Of a DNA stretch of 64,000 nucleotides, positions 27,135-41,696 are shown piece by piece (positions within the stretch are counted from its first letter, which is position 1; the number at the start of each line of letters is the position of its first letter). Source of the stretch: Auanema rhodensis (lineage: Eukaryota > Animalia > Nematoda); NCBI GenBank assembly GCA_964057225.1, contig OZ059894.1, positions 6,014,001 to 6,078,000 on the forward strand. Direction: 5' to 3'. The notes under the pieces were generated by a model that worked only from the letters and a program-made list of their open reading frames with translations, had not been told where the DNA came from and did no database searches. A program made the position numbers and the translations under genes.

Positions 27135-30133
27135 TTATAAACAGCATACATGATATCCATGTTTTAGAGAGTTTAAGCATCGTGGATGAGTTAAAGGGCA
27201 AGAATCTGTTCCAGGTGGAGAACATTTTGGTATTGTTCCAGATAAATTATATTCTGATCCTTCAATACACACATCAGCATCTAGAAATAGTTTTTTTTAA
27301 CTTATTTGATTATATTAATCTTTTAAAAAATATTAAACAAGGAACATACTTATTTTTCTTGAACGGAATGTATTAGGACCAAGCCGATTATTATTTGTTT
27401 TAACATTATTTGACTTAGAATTCCAATTTTTTAAATTTTCTAAAATCTCATTTATCAAATTTTTCAAAAAATTTTTAAATCTCACCATTTGAAAAAATAT
27501 TGTTATTCTTTCCATTATTTCCATTGATATTATTATTATTCCATTTATTTGAATTGCCATTTGATGATCCATAATCATAATCATAATCTGGTCCTGAATT
27601 TTTATCTGGACCGCCACTCATTCCTCGATTCATAGAGCCCATATTGCTACCCATTTGATCAGGTCCTCGTTTAATGTTCGAATTGATGTTTGAGTTGATG
27701 TTCATGTTCAAGTTCATATTCGAGTTCATGTTTGAGTTTATGTTTGAGTTCATGTTCGAGTTCATGTTTGAGTTCATGTTTGAGTTCATGTTCGAGTTCG
27801 AGTTCATGTTATTCATATTAATATTGTTGTTGTTGTTGTTGTTTGAGAATCCATTTCGTCCATTAGAATTGCCAGTATTCCAATTATTCGTGTCAACATT
27901 CTAAATTAATTTACACTTTTCATGATTCAGTTCTACACTTATACCTGAGGCAGTTCCGGTCTAAATGGGCGTCCATTGGAATTCCCTGATGAGTCTCCGT
28001 TGTTCCATTCATTATTGAAATCTCCACGGTTCCATTGGTTTTGATTATTCATGTTCTGAATCTAATTTATCAACTTCCATTCTCACAATTATAACAAACG
28101 TTTCCCATATTTGATCCGCGATCACTGTTTGGAAAAACTCCTCCAGAATTAAGCATACCATCTTCGCCATTTCTCGAATTTTCATTTATTTTTCTCTGAA
28201 TAAATTGAAAATATAAAACTAGATAAATTATTTTTCTCTAAATAAGTAAATTTCAATTCAAACTCACTCCTCCTTCAGGACCGTTAGAACCCATCTGTTG
28301 ATTAAATCCACCATTATCTCCATTCTGAATAAAAAACAATTAGAATGTTTCTTATGTTTCTAATAAATAAAATAATATTTATATATAATATCACATACAT
28401 TATTCCAATTACATCCACCTCCATTACGGTTATTGGAATTCATTGAACATCCCGAATTTTCATTCCAATTGTTATTTGGCTTCTGAATTAAGCCAATACC
28501 ATTCTGAGAATTCATACTTCCACGATTCATAGAGCATCCATTCTCATAATTATTATTATTATTATTGGAACATCCATTATCATTCCAATTTTGATTCTAA
28601 AGTTATGATATCATTATTAATTTATTAATTATAATAATCTACTTGATTTTTATTTCCCTGTGCAAATGGACATCCATTGTTGTTATTATCATTATTATTA
28701 TTATTGTTAAAAGGGCATCCAAAGTCAGACTAAGAATTAATTATAACTTTATGTTGTTTTTAATTAGTTAATTACTTGATCGCCATCATTCAAATTGAAT
28801 GGACCTGATCGTGGACGAAATGGTCCTTGGCGTGGTATCAAAGGTTTAGGTGCTGGAAGTTGAGGCAATCCAGCTGGATTCACGATATCTCTTCCTTGTC
28901 CACAGCATATATATCTTCGGATTTCTTTGTTAAGTTCGCATCTGTAGCCAGGAAGACAACCAGTATTCTATAACCAATTGGAATTATAACATAGAGATAT
29001 AAACAGCAAACCTGATAATAGCCAGGAAAACAATCTCGAAGACGGTTACCGTAATCAAGAAAAGGAGAATCATCAGGATTATTACAACGTAAATGTCTAC
29101 TTTTTGGAGCAATAGGTCTACAATATTTTCAGTTATTAGGAAATATTAATTTAAAACTGTGAAACCTTCTAGTTGTTGTTGTGATAGGTTCTTCCGTTGT
29201 TGTAGTTGTTGTTACTTTTCGACTGCGTGGTCTTGGAGTTCGTCGTGTTGTTTCGAATTCCCATTCTTCTAAATATTTCAAGTTTTTAAGATTAAAGATA
29301 TATCATAATTTTAAGAGAAAATGTAGTTTATAGATAGAGTTGAAATGTAGGATATAATCACCCTCTTTAGAAGCCGATTCTTCTTCAGGTATAATATTGA
29401 CGATGGCTTCTTTAGGAATAGGTGGAATATCTAAATTATCTACAGACTAATCTAGCTTTCTAATTATATCATATATTTTGCTATATTATATCATTTTTTC
29501 TCTAATATATGGGAACGATAACTTCATTTAAAAATCTTCTTAAATATTTTAGTAAGTATATCGAACCTTCGTCATCTTCTTCATCTGGCTTCTCTAAAAT
29601 GGCTTCAACTATAGGACGAATTTTTCTTTTCGGCTTTTCAGTATATGGAAATAATTCTTCTGGTACGTTTGCTAAATTATTTATATATAATAGTTAGTCG
29701 TTTATCTATTAATATTCTAACTTGTTGCTCCAATAACAACTTCTTCACTGTTCTTCTGGTCATCTTCCCAGCAACAGAAGTCCTTAAAAAAATTAAAAAT
29801 TAAACTATTTACTCATGGTTTCAATACTTGAAATCCTGGAATAGGTATTGGGAATCGTTCACAAACAGTTCCTCCTGGACAACTCTTATCATTGTATACT
29901 CCAAGTTGTTGACTACATTGATGTAAATCACCACTAATTGGATGAACATATACTCGATTGCCTATAATGGATATGATGAGTTGAATATGTGTTTTCGGAA
30001 TCCATTTCAACTCACCAGAAGGGCAACTGATACCCATACCAGCATCAGCGAATAATTTCATAAAAAATTTCTGATCACATATAATAATATTGGGCAAAAT
30101 GATTATTAATATTAATTGGCATAAGATTTTCAT
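27135..30133 (-). CDS. Secreted extracellular-matrix-like protein: three Cys-rich (Lustrin/WR1/DC-like) modules, an acidic/Thr-rich stalk and a long Asn-rich low-complexity region
   Basis: Signal peptide MKILCQLILIIILPNIIIC. Modules CPSG...C...CPGGTVC...FCC, CNNPDD...DC...GCLPGYRC...YICC and C-terminal CIEG...KC...SCPLTHPRC...HVCCL*. All introns are GT-AG and keep frame. Confidence 0.85.
27674..27816 (-). repeat. Coding 12-bp tandem repeat (AACTC[A/G]AACATG; NSNM)n
   Basis: About 10 degenerate copies inside the Asn-rich exon. Confidence 0.85.
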
Positions 30134-30704
30134 TTTTATCTAAAAGAAATATAATTATTAAACTGATAAGAAATATGAATGAAATGAATTAGATATATTA
30201 CATTTAATATAAAGAATTCAAATAAAATGATTATATGGTGCTAGGTAGAAAATAAAAATCCTCTAATTAGCAGTGCTCGGTGTGTCTAATGAAATTTTCT
30301 TGGAGACTAATCAAAAGATTCGTAATATTCTTTATATCTGTCAAATGTCAAATGTCATGCGGAATTTTCGGACGAGCTCTCTCAGATTGACAGTTTCTCT
30401 ATCAAAAAATAACACTGTTTAGCTGGATATACAATAGAAATTTACACATAGACTAGATTCCTTTGGTCAAATCTCGCCTCGGAATATACCTTTAATTAAT
30501 TTTGTTTGTTGTTCTTTTAGACATATCCAGATAGACCTTTGATCCGGTTTCACGTATCCATTGCTCTTTGCTCTTTCAACATTTTTTTAGGGAAAATAAT
30601 TTATAAATAACTTTATTTTAAATTTTTAAAAAATCGTTTTAGAACTAAAAGAAGTTAAAATCATAATAAAAAAAATTAAACCAATCAGATATCATAAACT
30701 ATGC

Positions 30705-32085
<1,381 letters not shown>

Positions 32086-32109
<24 letters not shown>

Positions 32110-32650
32110 ACTTGATCGAATATAGAAAATAAAACAATCCACGTGAATGACGTGCACTACGCGACTGTCTTAACTCAATATGCTAATTGCCACATCAATG
32201 TTATAATGCACATAAATTTGTAAATTAAAGTCTAAAAGTGTGTTTTTGATCAATTTTGGATATTTACAACTTCACTTTGTATCTTAACTACCAGAAAATG
32301 CATCATTTTCAGTTCGAAAAGCCTTCCACGGAGCATTTTGCCAACGGTTCCCACGATTTCCACGATGTCGAGGAATTCAGAACCGCAGCTTTCAGGTGCA
32401 TCAACGTAAATTCAAAAAATGTTGAAAAATGAAAAATGGACAAAATGGTCTGAAGGCTTTTCGACCTTTTTTTTTTCGAAAATGATGCATTTTCTGGTAG
32501 TTAAGAACTTTTAATTTACAAATTTATGAGCATTATAGCATTGATGTGGCAATTAGCATATTGAGTTAAGACAGTCACGTAGTGCACGTCATTCACGTGA
32601 ATTGTTTTATTTTCTATATTCGATCAAGTATGGCGGGTATTCCAAAAGCT
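32086..32650. repeat. Long inverted repeat (foldback) duplicating the sds-22 promoter and first ~8 codons
   Basis: 32103-32229 matches the reverse complement of about 32510-32636 with 4 mismatches. Inner arms 32282-32326 and 32452-32506 also pair. The spacer is about 125 bp. Confidence 0.95.
32282..32506. mobile_element. MITE-like non-autonomous element (about 213 bp between TTAA sites)
   Basis: Perfect 29-bp inverted ends TCTTAACTACCAGAAAATGCATCATTTTC (32282-32310 and 32478-32506), TTAA at 32284-32287 and 32501-32504, no ORF. Only one copy is in the window, so mobility is inferred. Confidence 0.5.
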
Positions 32651-32961
32651 ATATACTACTCTTAAACAATTTTTTATAAATTATTTCTATTGAACTATAT
32701 TGAGTTTATTTGTTATCTTGTAATTATATGTTCATTTAATTTTTTTTATTTTCATTATGAGCATATTTTTATATTAAGCTTTATATTAACATAACATAAT
32801 TACCTTAAAATAATGAATATTTAATTGTAAATCAATTCAAAAAATGCTCAATATCTTTCTAACTTATGATGATTTTAACAGATAAATCTGATAAGACATG
32901 AAATTGTTTATTTCAGGAATTTATCTGTATATATTCTTGGCCAACTGAAAAGAAACATCTG

Positions 32962-33204
32962 ATGCCAGAAATGTGAAGATTTGCATTTAATAGCAATTTT
33001 TGATTAATAATTTATAGAGATCGCTTACAATATTTTATTATTTGGGTCTCAGCTTTTGGTGGCTGTTCATTGATACTTGGCTTGATTGTATGTTACGTAG
33101 GTAAACTATGGAACACGAAAGAACAATCTGAATTGATGAAAGATGAAACAACTGTAACTGCTTCCGAAAAACCACGAGATGATAGTCTTTTTTCATTAGC
33201 CTAA
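32962..33204 (+). CDS. Small single-pass membrane protein (65 aa; MPEIDRLQYFIIWVSAFGGCSLILGLIVCYVGKLWNTKEQSELMKDETTVTASEKPRDDSLFSLA)
   Basis: TTTCAG acceptor at 32911-32916, ATG at 32962, a 45-nt GT-AG intron (32973-33017), then an open exon with one TM helix and a charged tail. Missed by the ORF track. Confidence 0.6.
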
Positions 33205-33809
33205 ATTGTAATATTTCATTTTATCTTTATTGAAATATTTAATTTATGTAATATATTCAAAATCCAATATCAAAGAAAAATTTATCGTTATATATATCTT
33301 AAATATATTTGTAATATACATACATATAATATGTTATTGTTCAAGGATAAACAAGAAAACTAACAAAATTTGTATAAAATAAGAATATTCAGTAAAAATG
33401 ATATTACTATCTTTCTTCTATTCTTATTAGTTGAATACGATTTCAGCTATGATTTTTCTTGTTTTTTTCTTTATAATTTTAACATAATATTGCTCTCAAA
33501 ACAATATGATATCATAAAGTTATTTTGATATTTATAGAGTTCAAAAAGGTTTCATGTTCATTATATGCTTTGATGAATATACTACTTGTTTGTACGGTAT
33601 AATGGTTTTGAAGAAAAAGTGAAATTTTTATATTTTTAAAAGAATTGAAAAATTGGAGATATCACTCTGAATTGCATTTTATGCTGTTATGCTTCAAAAT
33701 ATATAATTTTAAGAAAATAATGAATCGTTTTATAAACATAATTACATCAATGTATACATGTTGATTGTGATTTTGAAAAATGAAAAAATTTACATTATAA
33801 TTTGTTATT

Positions 33810-36800
33810 TTAATGTCCAGCAGAAACCAGTTTATCATATGCAGCTAATGTTAAGAAATCGCTCAATGTCTCTTCAGTAGCGAATTGTTCCAATAATTCA
33901 GCGGCTTCAGGAAGTCTAGAACAATATACTTTATATGTTTTGAAGATAAATGATGTGTTTACCGAGTTACTACTGATCCAGCTCTAATAAGTCTACGCTC
34001 CGTTTCAGCAGCAATTGTCTGCTTTACCATGTTTGCATCAATAGTACGTCCATCTGAAAAGAATATTTTTTGAATTTCATAATAACATACAAAGTACCTT
34101 CAAGTTTGGCATCATGTCTCAACCATTGCCAGAGTTGAGCTCGAGAAATTTCAGCTGTTGCAGCGTCTTCCATAAGGTTGTACAATGGGACACATCCAAC
34201 TCCTCGAAGCCAAGAATCAAGATATCCTAGATTTAATAAACAATTGTTAATCAAGTAAGTTGATATCTTACCAAGAGTAACGCTAATGTTGCGTCTGAAT
34301 CCAGACTCTGTACGAGTACCTTCAGGAATGGCTGTTAAATCGTGGTTTGTGGTTGAAAGGTTGGTAATCTTAAAGCAAGTTAGTTTATGTTAAAATAATT
34401 AAAATGTTTGAACAACCTGCTTAGAAATTTGATTTTGTCCTGGCATGCAGGTATTGAAAACATCCTTAGCCAATGGAACAAGTCCAGGATGAGCAACCCA
34501 GGTACCGTCATGTCCGTCGAGAGCTTCACGTTCCTTGTCTTGTCTTACAAGTGATAAGGCAGCATCATTAGCAGTCTAAAAATAATGATGATAAAATAAC
34601 AAACATTGATAAGTGAAAACCTGATCATGCTTGATTGGAATTTGAGCAGCCATTCCTCCCATGGCATGAATGCCACGCTCGTGACAAGTTTTAATAACTT
34701 CAAGAGAGTAAGAGCGCATGAATGGTGCAGTCATTCCTGTCAATGATAGATACTATACAAAACAAATTATTCAGAAAAACACACCAATTTGGAAACGATC
34801 TGGAAGAAGGAACTTGCGGTGATTTTGGAAAGTCTTGATATAAGAGAAGATGTAATCCCATCGTCCACAGTTTAATCCAACAATATGATCTTTAAGAGCA
34901 TAGATAATTTCGTTCATCTTAAATATATAATTTTAATAATTGAAAAAACGCGAAATATTAAAACCTGGAAACTAGCCAAGATATGCTCAATCAAAACAGT
35001 ACACTTGATAGTTCCACGTCTAAGCCCTAAAATAATTTTTGTTATGCTAGATCTATTTAAGAAGAAAATGTTAAATGTTAAAAGCTCAGTATTTACCGAG
35101 TTGGTCTTCAGAGTAGGCAAATACGTCAGCCCAAAGTTTGGCTTCCTCAGCTGATTGAAGTTTTGGCAAGTAGAAGTATGGTCCAGAGTTTTGGCTGATG
35201 AGCTCCTTTAAGATGTTCAACTATACATATGTTTCAGCATCTATTCATACCTTTGCATTATGGAAGAAGAATAATCCAAAATCGAAAAGAGATCCAGAAA
35301 TAGGTTGATTATCGACGAGAACATGCTTTTCTGGTAAATGCCATCCACGAGGACGAACATTGAGAACTAAACATTTCTCATTTTATGTCAAAATATTTGG
35401 AAATTTCCTACCGGCAGGATCTTTCTTCAAGCTGTATTCTTTATTAGTACGGGGATGAATGTAGCTGATCTGACCACGAACAGCATCATATAAGTTAAGT
35501 TGTCCTTCAAGTTGATTTCTCCAGGTTGGAGCATTCGAATCTTCAAAATCAGCCATGAAAACCTGAAATCGTTCTTACCATATTAAAACTTCAATTTTTT
35601 AAATTCTTACGCTTGCTCCTGAGTTCAAAGCGTTAATAATCATTTTACGTTCAGTTGGTCCAGTGATTTCAACACGACGATTCTATACAATATTAATAGA
35701 AATATTATAATTCGATGAGATTTCTTACAAGAAGATTGTGTGGAATTTCGGAAGCCTTCCATGATTTGTCATTACGGATGTCAACTGATGCTGGGTCGAA
35801 ATCAGGGAACCAGGTTCCATCATCGATATCTAAATTGTTTTCATGATAAGTTTCTTTTTTTTTAATTTGAGTCCAACCTCTTTGAACAAGAATACGCTTC
35901 TTCAGAAGATTTTGACGTCTTTTTTCAAAATTCTTGTGAAGTCCGCTGAGGAAACGAAGAGCATCGGGTGAAAGAATTTTTTCATCACCTTGCTCAGAAG
36001 AAGCTGTTAGCTGAAAATTGAATATATAATCTGAGAAAAACGGTAGGGAAAATCTAAAATGTCGTAATAGCTCACCATGACAATTTCTTCATCCTCGCTA
36101 GATGCCGTAGCAGTTCTGAACTGAGCTTCTTCAGTTGATCCTTAAAAAATTAAATATAATTGGTATAATATGTTACACTTGAAACTGACCAGATAAAGCA
36201 GTAGTGCTGGATTTACCACCACTTACAGCATTGGATACATGATCGAAATATCCAGTTCCAACTTCTCTTTGATGCTTAACAGCAGAGTAGCCATGTCTGA
36301 AACCAATGAAATGTTTAAACATTTATCTCTCAAATTGCTGATTGATTTAAACATAAATACAGAGTGAAACATACTGTTCAGCAGCAAATTCGTCTTCTTG
36401 TAGTGCAGAATAGGCAGCCATACCCTTATTTTTGTAGTTGCGAGCTAAATCAAACATTGAGTATGAGTTAGCATGGAATCCAGCTAATGTAATGAATTGG
36501 TATTTGAAGCCCATAGCACCAAGTTCCTAAATATTTCAATGATCAATATATTTCAACTTATTTTGATTTTACCTTTTGGAATTTCTCCATTTGTGCTGGA
36601 CTAAGATGTTTCTTCCAGTTGAAAGAAGGAGAACAGTTGTATGCAAACATTTTGTCTGGATGAGCCTAAATGAGATATTTTAGATGAATTAGAAAAGTTG
36701 AAAATCAACCTTTCGAACTCCTTCAGCGAATTCCTTAGCATCAGCAATAGTTGGATGACTAGTTTCCATCCAAATTAAGTCACAATATGGAGCATATTCA

Positions 36801-38816
36801 ATTGCACGATTAATACAATACTTAATTGAATCCTTATCCTTCAATCTGAATTTATAAAATACTGTTAAGCTTCATAGCTGGCATATGCAACCTATAGAAT
36901 CCCTCCACGGTACGTCCAGCGCTGTAGTCAATGTAAGGATGATCACGCTCATCAATATCACTGAAAAGGATCTCTTCTTCAAAAAATGTTCCAGTATTAT
37001 TCCTGACCTGGTTAAGAGACGACTACTCTCAGCATCAGTACGAGCTACAATAATTGTTGGAACACCACATACATCAGCAGCCAAACGAGAAGCATTAAGA
37101 TGACGAATATGTTGAGCTGTTGGAATTAGAACCTAAAGCATAAGTTATTGCCGAATACATTTTATGTCGATGTTAGTCTGCGAAGAAAAGAATAAAAGAT
37201 TTGATTTTATACCTTTCCACCCATATGTCCGCATTTCTTTTCTGAACCCAATTGATCTTCAAAATGGACTCCTGCTGCTCCAGCTTCAATATAAGCCTTA
37301 AAATCAATATATTTTTACTTTAATTATGATATAATATAATAAGAATCTGTTTAATTTAAATTATAAAATGATAAGAAATGTATAGCTATATCATCAACCT
37401 GTTGTTTTTGTTATGAAAATCTTTAAAAATTGATAATACTTCATCAAAAGAATTAAAATCTAATCAAGGAACTATTTAATTTAATTAAAAACAAACTTTG
37501 TTTGTTTGTTTTCAGTAATAGTATCATGTTATCGATATTTTTTCTGTTAAATGTTTTGCGGTAAACTTTGCTTTTTCAATGATATATCAGAGATGTTGAT
37601 CCAAATAGGGGAGATACAACTATAAATACGTTGCTAACTAGAATACATGTGATTTCTATCCCAAATTCTGTCTAGATAGAAGATATTACACACGAGTTTT
37701 CTTTACTTCATAGATCACACTGACCATTAAGCGATATACATATATTAAAGGGGTTCAATCACATGAACATTTCGTGTCTTCACTTTTATCATTTTACGAT
37801 TAGAAAAACACTTGTTCATATATATCTTGAATTCCGAATATGATTGATAAGATTATAATCATTAGAAAAAACAATTTTATCTTTTCTCTCTCTCTCTCTC
37901 TCTCACTATCTTTCCCTCTATCTTCTATTAATGACTTTCATCTACCTTCATGAGCTCAAAACAATTCAAGGCTCCTCCGAATCCTGCTTCAGCATCAGCA
38001 ACAATAGGAGCATACCAATCACGCCGAGCCATGTAATCTTCAGCTTCAACAGCATCAATCTGAATATTTAACAATAAACAAAATATTTTTTAAATATTAA
38101 GCACTTGGTCTGCTCTTCGTAAACTCTTATTAATGCGTTTAGCGAGTTCAGGGCCAGAATTGGCTGGATAGAGTGACTGATCAGGATACATATCAGAAGC
38201 CGTATTGGCATCGGCGGCTACTTGCCAACCTAAAGAATTTATTTAAAAAACACCGAACAATAATACAATTGAGTAACCTGAAAGATAGATTGCTTTAAGG
38301 CCAGCTCGAACCATCTGAACAGCTTGATTTCCAGTTTGAGCTCCCAGAGCTGCTACGAAAGGCTCGGTGTGAAGAAGTTGCCATAACTATAAATTTGAAT
38401 GTATACAAAACCCCAACGTAAGTCTGAACCTTGTTAGCTCCACGTGTGGCTAATGTGTATTCAATATCAATAGAACCCCTGAGTTTTAACACATCTTCCA
38501 CCTAAGATTTTTTAATTTGGTTTGAATTATCTTTGTATTAAGCATTCAAACCTGATAATCTCGCTTAATACCTTTGAACCTCCCTTTCGGAGCTGTCTTC
38601 ACAACCTGAAAGAAGTATTTTATATATTTTATACATTCTATAACTTTATTTAATAATAGTAATAATAGCTAAATATAATATAGAACATTATGTTTTGTAC
38701 ATATATACACAATTACAAAAACAATGACATAAATAAGACTAATAATAATCCAGTTTAGAAGAACTAAAATTATATATATGACATACCTGATACCAGTTCT
38801 TAGCGGCCTGTGACAT
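33810..38816 (-). CDS. icl-1: Bifunctional glyoxylate-cycle protein, isocitrate lyase-malate synthase fusion (28 exons)
   Basis: Starts [25 protein letters not shown] motifs [30 protein letters not shown] and YNCSPSFNW; MS motifs [54 protein letters not shown] and [12 protein letters not shown]. All 27 introns are GT-AG and the frame is continuous. Confidence 0.98.
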
Positions 38817-38896
38817 TATGATAGCCTTGATTCAGAAGACAATTTTATTTGAACGAGGAGGAGACAACACATAACTATAATAAGACAATCATTTCC

Positions 38897-38903
38897 TTAT
38901 ATA
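38897..38903 (-). promoter_or_regulatory. Putative TATA box of icl-1 (TATATAA)
   Basis: CTATATAAGG on the minus strand, about 80 bp upstream of the ATG. Confidence 0.5.
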
Positions 38904-40851
38904 GACAGATAGAGAGGCTGGACTTTAAACAGTACAATCATTTGGGGAGAGCCTAAACAACTACGAAGAACGCTTACTTCTACGTTTTATAGATAATTAT
39001 TGTTTGAGAGAGCGATAGAAAGAGAAAGAGGACAAAAATCAGAAGAAGCTGTATGATTTGTGATACTATAAGAGATACGATAGACCGAAAGAAAAAGGGG
39101 AAAATCTTTTATAAACAAACACGTCATCAACTACTACGGGCAATAATGATTAGAAGAACTGTGAATGGTTCAAAGTATTTTGAGATCAATCCAACTGAAA
39201 AAACGGGGGTTTCCTGTTTGAATGATAATCCACGTGATTTCATGAAAACAGATATTACCCGGGAGCAAAGTAACAAGTCGAATATTCTGAAGCATGCGTT
39301 AAGATCATATTTCCATGAAAAGGCAGGGAGCAATCTTTACGAGCAATACTATCAGATGGACTTTATTTTTTCCTCTTTGATAATTCTTTTCAAATGTTTT
39401 TTATAGCTTGTATGAGAAAATAATTTGCCTTATAGCCCTAAATAGTGAACATTGAAATTCTTTGAGTAGCACTAATCAAAGAACAGTCAATATCTTTAGT
39501 GTCTTTATGTGTCTTCATAATTTGTCCAAACAATCTTGTACTATGATACTATATCAGTGGATTGTAGCCTAGAAATCTGTTACTTTAAACTTGAATTTCC
39601 AACTTTATACATCAGAACCGTTGTAATAAAATTTTATAAGATAATGTTGCTACTAACTTATCTATGAATGAATAATTATTGTTGTTGAGCATAACATTTA
39701 AAAATTATATATATATAGACATATATATATATAAGAACATACTATATAACTTATATATGTTTTTCCTCATTGAAGAGGAGGAATATATGTTTTAACTATG
39801 GTTTTTTATTTCTTTTAATTTTATTTGTATATTTATTTCATTAAATAAATGGATGACACACTAAATAATAATACAAAAATTGTTAAAAAAACATAAAATG
39901 TTGCTTTTATTTTCAAATATTTGAACTATATAGTATCAAAACACTATATTAATGCACAGAAATTATAATTATATGTATACAATATCAACGTCATTAATGC
40001 AAATTTAATATTTTAAAATATTATAATTAGAGAATAATATATACTTTTTATTATTTGTTTTAACAATTTATAAGAATTTCAAAGTTTTAAAACAAGAAAG
40101 AAATACAATCATTAGCTTCCGTTCATATTACTACTATAGGCACTATTCAAGAAATATTATATTAAATATTATATATTGGACTTTGTTCATATGATGAAGA
40201 TAAGGTATTATAGTGATATTTTTTAAAATATTTAGAATCAATCAATTGTTTTGCAAAATAAAAATTAAAAGAAGAATTGTAGAACCTAACCGAACTTCTT
40301 CTTTTGTGTTTTATTGGTCTTTCTTTCCTGATTTTAAAGAACTAACAAAAAATGCTGGCTGACTGATGTTAGAACGAAAACAGGCTCAGTTCATATCTTG
40401 CTTAAGCTTGCATACAAAATCAAAGCAATTTGATGATCAGAGATGATTGCCGTAGTAGAATAAGCTTGTTCATACATAACTACATGATGCTAACAACATA
40501 AACTTGTTGATATATTATACAACATTCTCTGATATCTTATCGTTATTCTTATATTCTCTCTATAGATGTTATATTATCTTGTCATTTTGGCCAGACTTTA
40601 TGCATTTGTTTGAGCTGTCAAGAGTTTGAACAACCCCTTGAAACTGTTCCATTTGCTTCTCTCGTTCATGCTGTTGCTCTCACACTTCCACCCTATCTTT
40701 TTCCGTTCAATTTTGACATTTCACCCTTCAATAGGATCAAACTGGACATAGTCTGTTCTTCTGCATTCCTTTTTTCAAAGAATTTAAATTCATTCTGTTC
40801 AATATTCTGCTTCTCTCACCCCCGTTCTTCCTTATATTCGTACTTTAGAAT

Positions 40852-41696
40852 ATGCTTATCCTAGTACCAATTGTACTTTTTATTCAATGGCAGGTTATTT
40901 ATTTGTTTTTCCTATTCAAAAAAAAGTTTTTTCTCTAAGTTCAGTTAGTTACCTCATATGATCACCGAAGTCTAACACCAGGCTCTTTAAGAAAGAAGTT
41001 ATGTGATAAGGATGAAAGTATATTATTATGTAAAATAATGGTATCTATTATACTATTCGTATTTAATTTATTATATTGTTTTCTTATTTTTTAGATAAAA
41101 CCTGATATTCAGAATAATCCTAACCGTTTTTATAAATATTCTATTTGTACTGATAATCCTCATCTGCGGATATGTAGAAGATTACAAACTAATGCAATTT
41201 CTGTTCAAAAGCCTATTATTGACGATAAGGTTAATAATTATTATCAAAAATATGTATTATTCCTTTATGTCTATTTTTTGCAGAAAACAGTAGAAGAGAC
41301 TTCAACAGCACTTGGGGAGATAAGATCAACCACTGAAGAATCACTAACCAGCACAACAATGGTTAGCGTGCTTTTCCAAATATATCATAGAATTCTTTAA
41401 AGATTGTTAACAACAGTTTAACAACTGAGAAGATAACACTGCAAAAACTATCAACACCACAGCTGATCTCATTAGTATTGACCACAGCTGTAACACCAGC
41501 TAAGGTAGAAGAAACTAAGGATGAAGCAGAAGAAACTAAGGATGAAGCAGAAGAAACTGAGGTAAGCTTTACGCTTTATTGGATACACATCTATCACACA
41601 TTAATGGCTTTAACTATTTAGATAACAACAACTCCTGAAATAACAGAAGATGGTACATCAACAGTAGGAATATTTTATTCTGAAGATATATTCTAA
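40852..41696 (+). CDS. Uncharacterised secreted Thr/Glu-rich protein (6 exons)
   Basis: Signal peptide MLILVPIVLFIQWQLVTS; two CxxxxxxxxC motifs (LCDKDESILLC, ICTDNPHLRIC); Thr-rich tail with a 21-bp tandem repeat (EETKDEA, about 2.5 copies, 41508-41558). All introns are phase-0 GT-AG. An extra terminal exon near 41839 is possible. Confidence 0.7.

Noticed and set aside
27674-27904. Plus-strand ORF with (MFEF)n repeat
   Set aside because: Antisense shadow of the NSNM coding repeat.
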